Notes: generated by a model from the letters alone, not told the origin. Positions 44,011 to 53,444 are shown, counted from the stretch's first letter. The stretch: 64,000 bases of DNA from Candidatus Uhrbacteria bacterium (GCA_023246355.1 JAHFIQ010000001.1:145887-209886); one strand, 5' to 3'. Numbers and translations are program-made.

Positions 44011-45507
44011 CTAATCGAATAGATCAACCCACCAAGCATTTGAGTCAAACGAAGTGCAGCTATAGGTAACCGCTGAAGTGGCTGCAACAATCGTAGAAAT
44101 ACTTACTGCCGCTAAACCAAGCTGGACCGACTGGATGTCGCAAGCCTGACCTTTATCTGTTGTTCGACTATAACTACAGATATCATTAAGTGCGCTGTAG
44201 CCACAGAATGAACCGAGTGTCAGATCACCGAGCTGATCCATAAGCACCTGAGCCGCACCATTGTCTGACCCGATCAAACCTGAATTCTTCCCAAGATCGA
44301 CTTCACTTAAAGTCGTCTGTCCGCTTCCAGTGCGAACTGGGATAGAACTATAGGCATCACAACTTGTGATGTTGTTACAATCGACGGTCACAAGCGCACA
44401 CGCCGCTCGTCCTGTCGGCTCCCCGCCTGCATCTGGGTCACGTGTAAAAAAACATTGCTGAAATTTGTCTGTTGTCTCCACATGTGGCTGAACAACTTGA
44501 CCATTAGAAAGTGTATAATTAAAGGAAATATTCTTTGTTGTCTTTGCGTAGGACGGCAAACTATTAAACGCCGAGCAGATGCTCTGAGTTACCATCAGGA
44601 CGCTATTGGAACCAGTGAGCTCTTGGCATTCCATACAAGTCGGTGTTTCACCAGGAACACACATCTGCGTGTCCTTCCCACACTTGGAAAAATTACACAC
44701 GGTTCCGTCGGCGACCGCTGCACCATTTTCATCTTTTTGCACGGTCCCGACCGTTCCGCACTCGTGTGCTTTTCCACCATCGTCCACCGTGTAACCTTCG
44801 GTGATCAATTCATCACACGAGGCGTTATCCACTAAGCTGACGGTTTTGATCATGGGAAATTGCGGAACCTGAAGCTTCACCAGATTTGGGTTCACGGTTG
44901 CGAGAATCAGATATGTGGAAAGTAAGAGGACAAGACCCGCGACGCCGTTCATCATGCGTTTTTTCGCTTTGCCGATTTGCTCAGAGCTTACAGCTGCAAA
45001 AGACCATTGAAGGCCTCCAACCATGATGAGAACGATCGCAATCAGCGTTGAGGCTCCAATGAGCCACGAATACACAGCCCCAACGTACTCACCCAGATCA
45101 ACCGGGGACGTGAGCGAACCGATCGAAACTTGGAGAGTGGCTTTTGTGGCATTGCTTCCACTGGGATAACAGTAGTGAAATCCATTCGAACATTCAGGTG
45201 GCTGAAAATCGTCAAACGTCCCTGATACGTCCGCACATTGCTCTGCGGAAAAACAGTTGAGCGTTCTGGAAGGATATTGATTTGCTGAACACGCAAACGC
45301 TGCCACCTGAGCGCCTTTTTTCTGGCAGGTCGACGCACAGGTTGCGGAAGTCATCTTGGTTTGCTGATCGACTGCGCCGTTGGTACTCGTACAAAAACAA
45401 TCGCACGTTGGATCTGCGGCTCGCGTGGCCACGGGCACAGCAAACAAAAAACTCATGGAGACGACCAGGGACATCACAGACAAAATCCATGAACGAATCA
45501 GCGTCAT
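44011..45507 (-). CDS. Cys-rich secreted protein with an internal TM segment, function unknown
   Basis: N-terminal signal [30 protein letters not shown]. About 30 Cys, including CDCFC. Central TM segment [23 protein letters not shown]. Confidence 0.45.
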   Translation of the reverse strand: MTLIRSWILSVMSLVVSMSFLFAVPVATRAADPTCDCFCTSTNGAVDQQTKMTSATCASTCQKKGAQVAAFACSANQYPSRTLNCFSAEQCADVSGTFDDFQPPECSNGFHYCYPSGSNATKATLQVSIGSLTSPVDLGEYVGAVYSWLIGASTLIAIVLIMVGGLQWSFAAVSSEQIGKAKKRMMNGVAGLVLLLSTYLILATVNPNLVKLQVPQFPMIKTVSLVDNASCDELITEGYTVDDGGKAHECGTVGTVQKDENGAAVADGTVCNFSKCGKDTQMCVPGETPTCMECQELTGSNSVLMVTQSICSAFNSLPSYAKTTKNISFNYTLSNGQVVQPHVETTDKFQQCFFTRDPDAGGEPTGRAACALVTVDCNNITSCDAYSSIPVRTGSGQTTLSEVDLGKNSGLIGSDNGAAQVLMDQLGDLTLGSFCGYSALNDICSYSRTTDKGQACDIQSVQLGLAAVSISTIVAATSAVTYSCTSFDSNAWWVDLFD

Positions 45508-45508
45508 A

Positions 45509-46249
45509 TTATTGAGAGCCGATCACCGATTTCACAATCGCTTCCATCACCTCAGCAGGAATCGATCCAGCGATCAGATTTCCATTGATAAAAAATGTGG
45601 GTGTTCCACGCACCCCAGCGGCAACGCCGGCTTCCAAATCTTCCTGCACTTCATCCACATATCGCTCTTTGGACAAGCAACTCTGAAATTGATCCACGTT
45701 CAAGTTCAGCTCGCGAGCAAAGGTCACAAACGAGTCTGCCGTAAGACTGGATTGTTTTTGATACAGCTTGTCGTGGTATTCCCAAAATTTGTCTTGCTCA
45801 GCAGCACATTCCCCAGAGAGCGCAGCCATCTGGGCAAGCGGGTGGATGTCGGTGAGCGGTAGGTCTCGATACACGTAGTAAATCTCGTTTGGATACTTCG
45901 CTGCTAACTCACGCATCACAAACGAGGCTTCCTGCGAGTACGGACATTGAAAATCGGCAAACTCGACGATGGTCAGCAGCGCGTCAGAATTTCCAAGATG
46001 GGGATCGTCTGTGGTGACCAGATCAAACTCACCGTTGGTTACGACAACATTCGAGAGACCAAGATCAGAGGTGAAGCTACTGTCAAAGTTGTAGGTGGAG
46101 AGATCAATCTCCCCGTTCTTGATTCGGCTGGCGTAATAGAACACACGAGAGGCAAACGCGATCAGGAGCCCTAAGACAACCACCGTCGCGACCGTTGCGA
46201 TCCAACTGCGTTTTCTGTTCACCTGCTCATCTGATTCTGTGGCCTCCAT
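45509..46249 (-). CDS. DsbA-like thiol:disulfide oxidoreductase (membrane-anchored)
   Basis: N-terminal TM helix. EFADFQCPYSQEASF is a CxxC thioredoxin motif. FFINGNLIAGSIPAEVMEAI is present. Confidence 0.7.
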   Translation of the reverse strand: MEATESDEQVNRKRSWIATVATVVVLGLLIAFASRVFYYASRIKNGEIDLSTYNFDSSFTSDLGLSNVVVTNGEFDLVTTDDPHLGNSDALLTIVEFADFQCPYSQEASFVMRELAAKYPNEIYYVYRDLPLTDIHPLAQMAALSGECAAEQDKFWEYHDKLYQKQSSLTADSFVTFARELNLNVDQFQSCLSKERYVDEVQEDLEAGVAAGVRGTPTFFINGNLIAGSIPAEVMEAIVKSVIGSQ

Positions 46250-46425
46250 ACGAGGAACAGTATATCATGGGAGTATTGGTCCTGTATGACCCTCGAACAC
46301 ACACAGCAACAAGAGGAATCACGCGTGACTCGACGTGAAAAAAAACGGACTCCCAAGATGCGCGTGTCCGGTCGTGGCATGAAACGCTTTGGATCTCCAA
46401 AACGAGTACAAGGAAAGCCTGGCCA

Positions 46426-46454
46426 TTGACCTTTGTTCGTGAATTTGATAGTCT
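46426..46454 (+). promoter_or_regulatory. Candidate sigma70-type promoter for secG (TTGACC-17-TAGTCT), short leader
   Basis: The hexamers lie 10-38 nt upstream of the secG ATG at 46464. Confidence 0.3.
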
Positions 46455-46463
46455 CATCGCATT

Positions 46464-46685
46464 ATGAATGTCGACCTCATCCTCAACATCGCTCAAATCG
46501 TACTCGCGGTCCTGCTCGTTGCGGCTATTCTTTTACAAGCCCGTGGCACGGGACTAGGCGCTGCCTTTGGTGGAGGCGGAAATGTCTACCGCACCAAGCG
46601 CGGCGCAGAGAAAAAACTATTTCAACTCACCATTGTCCTGTCCATTTTGTTTTTCGGCGTGGCCCTTGCTAACGCGCTCATCTAG
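46464..46685 (+). CDS. secG: Preprotein translocase subunit SecG
   Basis: 73 aa with two TM helices and a Gly-rich loop (LQARGTGLGAAFGGGGNVYRTKRG), as in SecG. Confidence 0.65.
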   Translation: MNVDLILNIAQIVLAVLLVAAILLQARGTGLGAAFGGGGNVYRTKRGAEKKLFQLTIVLSILFFGVALANALI

Positions 46686-46690
46686 TTTCC

Positions 46691-48511
46691 ATGCGTTCAT
46701 TGTTCTCACAGCGCTCTTCACAGAATCCAGCCGACCAAAAAAAGAACCTGACCATGCGCCAGGTCCTTTCTGTTACCAAAACCCGTGCGTTCCCAAGTTG
46801 GGCGCAATGGAAACAGCTCCCTCGCGTTCTCACGATGGGTGAAAAACGTGTGATGATGAGTGCCCTCTCGGTGATGGTGTTTGCCCTGGTCGCGCTTGTT
46901 GGGACCTATGTCTTTTCTCACAGAGTTGAAATTCCCGCCGTGGGTGGTGACTATACGGAAGGACTCGTTGGCGAACCACGATTTGTGAATCCCCTGTACG
47001 CCTCAGCCAGCGATGTGGATCAAGACCTGACGAGCCTCATCTACTCAGGCCTTCTCAAATACGATCCAGAACAGGGCTACGTTCCGGACCTGGCTGAATC
47101 TCTCACCATCAGTGAGGACGGCCTAACTTACACGCTCAACATCAAAGACCAAGCGAAATTTCACAATGGCGAGGATGTGCGCGCACGGGATGTGCTTTTC
47201 ACAATCGACGCCATCCAAAACCCGGCCTATCGCAGTCCACTCATCGACAACTTCTATAACGTCACCGTTGTTCAAGTAGATGAAAACACGGTTTCATTTG
47301 TCTTGAAAGAACCCTTTGCGCTGTTCAAACAATACCTGACCGTTGGCATTCTTCCTGCCAGCCTCTGGGCAGAAATCCTCCCGCAGAATGCGCCCTTGGC
47401 CGCCCTCAATCTTCAACCGGTTGGTTCAGGTCCGTATCAGTTTGCGGAATTTGCCAAAGACCAACGCGGAAGCATTCGCAGTTACACCCTGACCCGAAAC
47501 AAGGACTACTACGATGAACCCGCATTCATTGAAACGCTCTCGTTCAAATTTTACGCAGACGCAACATCCCTTGGGGAAGCTCTTGAAAATAAAAACGTCG
47601 AAGGGGCATCGGTGATTCCTTCTGATGCACTTGAGGGGGTGGCAGAGAACAGCAATGTCCAACTCTTGCAACCTCTACTTCCACAAGAGACGATTCTCTA
47701 TATGAACCAGTCTGTCCAACCGGTCTTGAAGGATTTGGTTGTACGAACGGCCATTGCGCAAGCCATTCAGAAGCAATCGATTGTGGAAACCCTGGGACAG
47801 GCCAACGCAGAGGTCATCGAAGGACCCATCCTTGAAGGCATGATTGGGTATGACGCAAACCGGCAGAGCGTGTACAATGTCACTCAAGCAAATGAATCGC
47901 TGGAGGAAGCCGGGTATCACCTTGATGCGGGTTCTGGTCTGCGCGGTCTTAAGGAGGAAAAAACCGAGGAATCGGACGAGTCACAAGCGACTCCAAGCAA
48001 CCTCCAACTCACCCTCACGGCCGTTGACTCAACACAGATGCACGAAGTAGCTGATCGTATTCAACAGGACTTGAGTGCGATCGGCATCACGGTCACCTTG
48101 AACTTCATCCCCTCTGACGTCATCTACGCGCAAGTCATCGAACCAAGAAATTTTGAGTTGCTTCTTTCTACGATCTTGCTCAACGGTGATGCCGACCCCT
48201 ACCCCCTCTGGCATTCTTCTCAAGCAAAAAGCGGTGGACTCAACGTGAGCGGCTACGCCAATGCGGACGTGGATACACTCTTAACCGACGGACGAAAAGA
48301 GCTCGATGAAAGCGTCCGTGCGACCAAGTACCAACAATTTGAACAGCTCCTTGCCAAAGACGTGCCTGCTGTGTTTTTATACCAGTCGCGTTTTGCCTAC
48401 GCGGTCGCTGAAAAAATCCATCTTGAGGCTCTCTCACGCATCGTGAGTCCTTCGGATCGGTTTGCGAACGTGACCCGTTGGTACATCAAAACGAAGAAGG
48501 CCTTGCGATAA
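46691..48511 (+). CDS. ABC transporter substrate-binding protein, family 5 (oligopeptide/nickel type), N-terminally membrane-anchored
   Basis: TM anchor MMSALSVMVFALVALVGTYVF. The SBP_bac_5-like body carries GLLKYDPEQGYVPDLAES...DGLTYTLNIKDQAKFHNGEDV. Confidence 0.7.
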   Translation: MRSLFSQRSSQNPADQKKNLTMRQVLSVTKTRAFPSWAQWKQLPRVLTMGEKRVMMSALSVMVFALVALVGTYVFSHRVEIPAVGGDYTEGLVGEPRFVNPLYASASDVDQDLTSLIYSGLLKYDPEQGYVPDLAESLTISEDGLTYTLNIKDQAKFHNGEDVRARDVLFTIDAIQNPAYRSPLIDNFYNVTVVQVDENTVSFVLKEPFALFKQYLTVGILPASLWAEILPQNAPLAALNLQPVGSGPYQFAEFAKDQRGSIRSYTLTRNKDYYDEPAFIETLSFKFYADATSLGEALENKNVEGASVIPSDALEGVAENSNVQLLQPLLPQETILYMNQSVQPVLKDLVVRTAIAQAIQKQSIVETLGQANAEVIEGPILEGMIGYDANRQSVYNVTQANESLEEAGYHLDAGSGLRGLKEEKTEESDESQATPSNLQLTLTAVDSTQMHEVADRIQQDLSAIGITVTLNFIPSDVIYAQVIEPRNFELLLSTILLNGDADPYPLWHSSQAKSGGLNVSGYANADVDTLLTDGRKELDESVRATKYQQFEQLLAKDVPAVFLYQSRFAYAVAEKIHLEALSRIVSPSDRFANVTRWYIKTKKALR

Positions 48512-48596
48512 GCGGACGTGGCGGAATTGGTATACGCGTACGTCTCAGAAGCGTATGGAGTAATCCTTGAGGGTTCGAGTCCCTCCGTCCGCACCA
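48512..48596 (+). tRNA. tRNA-Leu (anticodon CAG), class II with long variable arm
   Basis: GCGGACGTGGCGGAATTGGTATACGCGTACGTCTCAGAAGCGTATGGAGTAATCCTTGAGGGTTCGAGTCCCTCCGTCCGCACCA. It has a 3-bp D stem, the anticodon loop CTCAGAA and a GAGGG/CCCTC T stem. Confidence 0.8.
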
Positions 48597-48689
48597 ACGC
48601 GATTTTTCTCTCCTGCTGTACCTCATGGCAGGAAAACAAAGATCACGTTCTCGAGCTCTTTGTTCTTTCACAATTGAACTTCTCTTATT

Positions 48690-48728
48690 CAACGAACCCA
48701 GGCTAAAGCCTGGGGCTACCTTATTTTT
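48690..48728 (+). terminator. Hairpin + T-run after tRNA-Leu
   Basis: CCCAGGCTAAAGCCTGGGG is followed by CTACCTTATTTTTTT. It ends 2 nt before the rnj ORF start. Confidence 0.5.
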
Positions 48729-48730
48729 TT

Positions 48731-50635
48731 ATGTCCCCTTCTCCACAACAACCACAACGACCTCACCCAGGCCCGCGTGGAGGTAAGCCCAAACATCGCG
48801 GGCGTATTTTCCGATCGCAAAAACCGCGTACGGATCATCCAGCTGCCTCCCATCGACCAGCTCCAGCCTCTCATGCTCCGTTCTCTCTTACGCAAAACAC
48901 ACCAGCAAGTAGCTCCCACCACTCAGCCGAACAGACGCCGCACGCTCCACAGGTCCAAACCTTCTCATCTCCTACTGGGGACACCCTGCGCATCATGGTC
49001 CTGGGAGGCTGTGAGGAAGTCGGTCGCAACTGCACACTGATCGAATACAAAAACGACATCATCTTGATCGACATGGGTTTGCAATTCCCTGAAGAAAACA
49101 TGCCTGGGATTGACTACATCATTCCCAACATGAGCTATCTGAAGGGCAAAGAAAAAAATGTCCGAGGGCTCATCATCACCCACGGCCACTACGACCACAT
49201 CGGCGCGATTCCCCACACCATTCCCCATATCGGGAACCCTCCGATCTACGCGCTGCCCATGTCAGCGGCCATCATCAAACGTCGCCAAGAAGACTTCCAC
49301 ACGCGACCACTCAACATCAAAATCACCAAGGCCAGTGATGTCTTGCGATTGGGAGCGCTGACCGTATCCTTCTTCCACATCAACCACTCGATCCCTGATG
49401 CCGTTGGCATTGTCATTGACACTCCGGTTGGGCGCGTCTGCCACACCGGCGATTGGAAATTTGATTTCCATCCTGTGGGTACAGCGCACGCCGACTTCCA
49501 ACACATTGCCACCCTTGGTAAAGAAGGCGTGTTGGTGCTCATGGGAGATTCCACCAACGCCAACCATCCAGGACAACAGGTGTCTGAAAAAGTCATCGGC
49601 GAAGAACTAGATCTGATCATTGAAAAAGCACCTGGACGTCTCATTGTTGGAACCTTTGCCTCGCTGCTCTCTCGCGTCAAACAACTGATCGAGTCCTCTG
49701 AACGTCATGGCAAAAAAGTCGCCATCGATGGCTACTCCATGAAAACCAACGTGGAGATCGCCAAGGTGATGGGATTTATCAAATGCAATCAGTCCACGCT
49801 CATTAAACCCGAACAGATGGATGCCTACGATGACAACAAAGTCGTTCTCATCTGTACGGGCGCCCAGGGCGAAAAAAATGCAGCGCTCAATCGTATCGCC
49901 AACAACGAACACCGCAGCGTGCAAATCCGAGAATCTGACACGATCATTTTTTCCTCATCCGTCATTCCGGGAAATGAAAACTCCGTGCAACGTCTCATGG
50001 ACACGCTCTACCGCAAAGGAGCCAACGTCATCAACTACAAAATGATGGACGTGCACGCTGGAGGCCACGCCAAAAAAGAAGACATCAAGCTCATGCTGGC
50101 TTTGTTCAAACCCAAGTACTACGTGCCCATCGAAGGCAACCACTTCTTGCTGCGAGAGAACGCCAAGGTCGCCTATTCCATGGGATGGCAAAAAGAAAAC
50201 GTGTTCATTGTGGACAACGGACAGATCATGGAATTTCAAAAAGGCCATGGCGTGCTGCGCAAAGAAAAAGTCCCGACCGATTACGTGTTCGTAGACGGCT
50301 TGGGTGTGGGTGATGTTTCACAAGTCGTCCTGCGTGATCGCCAAGTGCTGGCTGAGGACGGTATGGTGATCGTCATCGTGCAGATCGAAAAGCGCACAGG
50401 CAAACTCATCGGCAACCCTGATATCGTCAGTCGTGGATTCATCTTCATGAAAGACCAACAGGAGTTGATTCGCCTCACACGCGAAGAAGTGAAGAAGGCT
50501 CTGATCGACAACGATCCAAAATCTTCTGCGGATCCCAAGTACACGCGCGAGCGCATCCGTGACGAAGTCGGAAAATTCCTCTTCAAAAAAACCGAACGCC
50601 GCCCAATGATTCTACCGGTGGTGATGGAAGTGTAA
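48731..50635 (+). CDS. rnj: Ribonuclease J (metallo-beta-lactamase / beta-CASP) with ~88-aa Pro/His/Ser-rich N-terminal extension
   Basis: IMVLGGCEEVGRNCTLIEY, ITHGHYDHIGAIP (HxHxDH), the beta-CASP region and the C-terminal domain are all present. M at 48995 is an alternative start if the extension is untranslated. Confidence 0.85.
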   Translation: MSPSPQQPQRPHPGPRGGKPKHRGRIFRSQKPRTDHPAASHRPAPASHAPFSLTQNTPASSSHHSAEQTPHAPQVQTFSSPTGDTLRIMVLGGCEEVGRNCTLIEYKNDIILIDMGLQFPEENMPGIDYIIPNMSYLKGKEKNVRGLIITHGHYDHIGAIPHTIPHIGNPPIYALPMSAAIIKRRQEDFHTRPLNIKITKASDVLRLGALTVSFFHINHSIPDAVGIVIDTPVGRVCHTGDWKFDFHPVGTAHADFQHIATLGKEGVLVLMGDSTNANHPGQQVSEKVIGEELDLIIEKAPGRLIVGTFASLLSRVKQLIESSERHGKKVAIDGYSMKTNVEIAKVMGFIKCNQSTLIKPEQMDAYDDNKVVLICTGAQGEKNAALNRIANNEHRSVQIRESDTIIFSSSVIPGNENSVQRLMDTLYRKGANVINYKMMDVHAGGHAKKEDIKLMLALFKPKYYVPIEGNHFLLRENAKVAYSMGWQKENVFIVDNGQIMEFQKGHGVLRKEKVPTDYVFVDGLGVGDVSQVVLRDRQVLAEDGMVIVIVQIEKRTGKLIGNPDIVSRGFIFMKDQQELIRLTREEVKKALIDNDPKSSADPKYTRERIRDEVGKFLFKKTERRPMILPVVMEV

Positions 50636-50640
50636 GCAAA

Positions 50641-50676
50641 CAAAAAACCGCTCAGCGTTTGAGTGGTTTTTTGTTA
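50641..50676 (+). terminator. rnj terminator
   Basis: AAAACCGCTCAGCGTTTGAGTGGTTTTTTG. Confidence 0.6.
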
Positions 50677-50699
50677 GTCGTAACAGGTAAAGATCTCCT

Positions 50700-50741
50700 A
50701 AAACGATAAATGAAAACGTCCGGGTCTCCCAGACCGGACGT
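50700..50741 (-). terminator. Terminator of GC-rich cassette A
   Basis: On the minus strand, ACGTCCGGTCTGGGAGACCCGGACGT (an 11-bp stem) is followed by TTTCATTTATCGTTTT. Confidence 0.55.
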
Positions 50742-50794
50742 GAAGGAAGAAGGTTGAGGCTCAACGAAGGTTGAACTATGAGGACTAAGTGTCG

Positions 50795-51505
50795 CTACTT
50801 CCGGCGAAGACGCAGGGCCCCGTAACCCGGGTCGGCGCTGTCAGAGCTCCCGCTGAGGTGGATCTCCACCTGACCCCTCCACACCCCGAGGTAGGCACAG
50901 CGCACGCGGCGGGCACGGTTCACCGTCCTGGGGAGATCGATGACGTGCTCGTTCTCCACCACGATCGTTGGGTGATGGGCGTAGGCGAAGACGCCTTCGA
51001 GGGCCGTACCGGCCAGGACGTCGCCGACGAGCTCGCCTCGGCAGTGGTCAGGACGGCGACCGCGGTTCTTGCGTCCGTCGTCGTGGCGGAACCAGAACGG
51101 CTCGGTGGGGAGCGGGAAGCGGTAGTCGAAGGGCTTGACTGAGTCCTCGGCGTAGCCAAACTCCTGAAACTGAATGCCCAGCATCTTGCAGGAGCGCAGC
51201 AGTCCCGGTCGCGGGTCGCACAGGGAAAGGAGCGGCAGCTCGGAGTCCTCGGCGACCAACCCTTCCGGAATCTTGGGGATCCCGGCCAGGTACGCCTTGA
51301 AGTTCTTGGCGCCGACCCTCGGATCACGGCCGAAGCCACGATCCCAAAACCGCTTGGCCATGGCCACACGCGGGTCGGTCATCTTGCCGGCGACTCCGCC
51401 GGAGGTGATCTGACGAATGAAGGACTGGAACTCGTCGTGGAGACCCGGTCCATTCTCGTCGAGCTCCAAGAAGTGCCGGAGCTGTTTGGTATTGATGTGT
51501 CCCAT
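50795..51505 (-). CDS. Hypothetical protein A of GC-rich cassette family (236 aa)
   Basis: About 65% GC against a ~50% background. GGAGG lies 6 nt upstream of the ATG. The C-terminal 180 aa are ~75% identical to the 56711..57418 product (PFWFRHDDGRKN...CRGELVGDVLAGTALEGVFAYA.HPTIVVENEH.IDLPRTV...LRLRRK). No known domain was recognised. Confidence 0.5.
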   Translation of the reverse strand: MGHINTKQLRHFLELDENGPGLHDEFQSFIRQITSGGVAGKMTDPRVAMAKRFWDRGFGRDPRVGAKNFKAYLAGIPKIPEGLVAEDSELPLLSLCDPRPGLLRSCKMLGIQFQEFGYAEDSVKPFDYRFPLPTEPFWFRHDDGRKNRGRRPDHCRGELVGDVLAGTALEGVFAYAHHPTIVVENEHVIDLPRTVNRARRVRCAYLGVWRGQVEIHLSGSSDSADPGYGALRLRRK

Positions 51506-51586
51506 TCTATCCTCCGTCCAAGGTCATCCATCGTGGCACCAAAAGGCGGCACGATCGGTTAGACTCTGGGCAGAATGCACGGTGCC

Positions 51587-51680
51587 GCCGTGCCGGTGTG
51601 TGTGCAAAACCGGAGGATTCCGGCTCTGCAAACGACTGGAGAATATACACCCGTTTGGCGGAAAAGTCAAGAATTCGATA
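51587..51680. promoter_or_regulatory. Conserved ~95-bp promoter/leader element, copy 1 (minus-strand promoter TTGACT-17-TATATT at 51642..51670)
   Basis: About 92% identical to 60933..61027 and partially to 57495..57522. On the minus strand it drives a ~125-nt structured leader. On the plus strand it ends 10 nt before the trpS ATG with TTGGCG-18-TATACT. Confidence 0.6.
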
Positions 51681-51693
51681 TACTGCGCCCTGT

Positions 51694-52686
51694 ATGAGCC
51701 GCATCCTCACCGCCCTCCAGCCTTCCGGCATCCTCCACATCGGCAACTACTTTGGCGCCATTGAGCCCATGGTAAGTCTTCAGTCTGCAGGAAATCAAAA
51801 TCTCTTGTTCATGGTCGACTACCATGCGATCACCGTAGAGCAGGATCCACACACGCTTCGACAAAACATCTTATTTGCGGCTGCGACCTATCTCGCCTCT
51901 GGCATTGATCCTGAAAAGACCATCCTCTTTCAACAGTCACGTGTTTCTGAACATACAGAACTGGCTTGGATTTTGAATTGCTTGGTACGGATGGGCGAGC
52001 TGGAGCGGATGACCCAATACAAAGATAAAGCGCTTGGCAAAGGTCAATCTGTTTCGGTCGGGCTATTCGACTACCCTGTCCTCATGGCCGCGGACATTTT
52101 GCTGTATGACACGAATATCGTGCCTGTGGGGGAAGATCAAAAACAGCATGTGGAACTCGCGCGCGACCTGGCTGAACGCTTCAACAAAAAATTTGGAGAA
52201 ACGTTTGTCGTACCCAAACCGCAGATCCGCAAAGAAGGCGCACGTCTCATGGCGCTCGATGATCCACACAAAAAAATGTCAAAGTCAGCCACGAGTGAAA
52301 AAAACTACCTCTCCCTCATGGACGATGAAAAAACCGTTTTGAAAAAAATCAAAGCAGCGGTCACAGATTCAGAAGGGACGATCCGTCTGAGTCCGTCCCG
52401 ACCAGGGATCGGGAATCTCATCACCATTCTGTCCCTCATCACAAAAAAAACGCCCAAAGAAATCGAAAACGCCTACGAAGGAAAAGGCTATGGCGATTTC
52501 AAAACGGACCTTGCACGCGAGCTTACCGCGTTTCTGACACCCCTCCAGTCAAAGATCAACGCCTTGCTCAAAGATCCCTCTGGGCTCCTGAAGATTCTAG
52601 ACAACGGCGCCTCACGTGCCAAAGCCATGGCAGAAAAAAAGATGATCGACGTCCGTCAAAAAATCGGCGTGACGCTCTCGTCATAA
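51694..52686 (+). CDS. trpS: Tryptophan--tRNA ligase
   Basis: The start is trimmed to MSRILTALQPSGILHIGNYFGA, which holds the HIGH-class motif. KMSKS is present, as is GEDQKQHVELARDLAERFN. Confidence 0.85.
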   Translation: MSRILTALQPSGILHIGNYFGAIEPMVSLQSAGNQNLLFMVDYHAITVEQDPHTLRQNILFAAATYLASGIDPEKTILFQQSRVSEHTELAWILNCLVRMGELERMTQYKDKALGKGQSVSVGLFDYPVLMAADILLYDTNIVPVGEDQKQHVELARDLAERFNKKFGETFVVPKPQIRKEGARLMALDDPHKKMSKSATSEKNYLSLMDDEKTVLKKIKAAVTDSEGTIRLSPSRPGIGNLITILSLITKKTPKEIENAYEGKGYGDFKTDLARELTAFLTPLQSKINALLKDPSGLLKILDNGASRAKAMAEKKMIDVRQKIGVTLSS

Positions 52687-52711
52687 ACCAGCCAACCGGC
52701 TGGTGTTTCGA

Positions 52712-52745
52712 TGCCAAATCAAAACGCCCCTTGAGTGAGGCGGTT
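52712..52745 (-). terminator. Terminator hairpin shared as a repeat (copy 1), downstream of vapC
   Basis: On the minus strand, CCGCCTCACTCAAGGGGCG is followed by TTTTGATTTGG. The 30-nt core aatcaaaacgccccttgagtgagg recurs at 53445..53478. Confidence 0.55.
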
Positions 52746-53148
52746 ACATGCCTAAGAGTTCAAGAAATTCGGATGGATCTGTTATCCGAGTGCCTTTCCA
52801 TTTCTTCAGTGGAAGCAGATGCTTTTTATCGCCTGTCACAAGAACATCAGCATCCGTCGCCTCAGCACAAGCCAGGATCTGATTATCAGCCTTACACGCT
52901 TTAATCTTCTTTGGAATCGTTGTAGGAGTCACGATGGTAGCTTGTTGACGCAGCAATTCCTGAACTCTGTATCTTTGCGATGCAGGCCATTGAAATTTTT
53001 TCTTAAGTACCTCGTCAACTTCTTCCAAAATAAACGGTGAAAGAATGAGTTCCAGTTCAAACACACGAATAAGGTCCAAAACTTTTTGTGGTGTTCCCCC
53101 AAACATCAATGCGGAGATAATCACATTCGTATCCAGGACAACTCGCAT
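52744..53148 (-). CDS. vapC: PIN-domain ribonuclease toxin (VapC-like)
   Basis: RVVLDTNVIISAL holds the first acidic residue, and the LVTGDKKHL region is present. The protein is 134 aa and lies directly downstream of a small RHH/antitoxin-like ORF. Confidence 0.7.
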   Translation of the reverse strand: MRVVLDTNVIISALMFGGTPQKVLDLIRVFELELILSPFILEEVDEVLKKKFQWPASQRYRVQELLRQQATIVTPTTIPKKIKACKADNQILACAEATDADVLVTGDKKHLLPLKKWKGTRITDPSEFLELLGM

Positions 53149-53150
53149 AC

Positions 53151-53387
53151 CTACGATGTACGCACTTCGTCAATAAGACGTTCAACATCCTGGCTCTTTA
53201 ATCCCAATCGCTGAGATTGTCGTTGACCAAACTGATACAGCTCGCGCCACTGTTGTTCTGTTAAATAAAATTGGAACGCCTTGCGTAGGAGCTCAGATCG
53301 AGTGAGTGACTCGCGCTTGGCTTGTGAGGTAATTTTTCTCACAAACGTTTGAGGAAGAGAAATCGTCGTAGGAATCGTTAGGCGCAT
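53151..53387 (-). CDS. Antitoxin-like small protein (VapB/RHH-type)
   Basis: 78 aa, 2 nt upstream of vapC. TISLPQTFVRKITSQAKRESLTRSELLRKAF resembles the ribbon-helix-helix N-terminus. Confidence 0.5.
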   Translation of the reverse strand: MRLTIPTTISLPQTFVRKITSQAKRESLTRSELLRKAFQFYLTEQQWRELYQFGQRQSQRLGLKSQDVERLIDEVRTS

Positions 53388-53444
53388 AAAGTTGAGTATT
53401 ACTTAATCACACTCAGATGATATCGGTGGCAGACAACATCGTCA

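Noticed and set aside
50789-51413. Plus-strand ORFs (117 aa, 79 aa) and alternative minus frame 50920..51369 inside cassette A; similarly 56818..57415 inside cassette B
   Set aside because: They are GC-rich shadow frames. The chosen frames have a strong RBS, paralog conservation and terminators.
51587-51680. Conserved 95-bp element as a standalone ncRNA gene (SRP/6S-like)
   Set aside because: It is present in three copies. It is always placed between a cassette gene and its promoter hexamers. It matches no SRP domain IV or 6S pattern I know.
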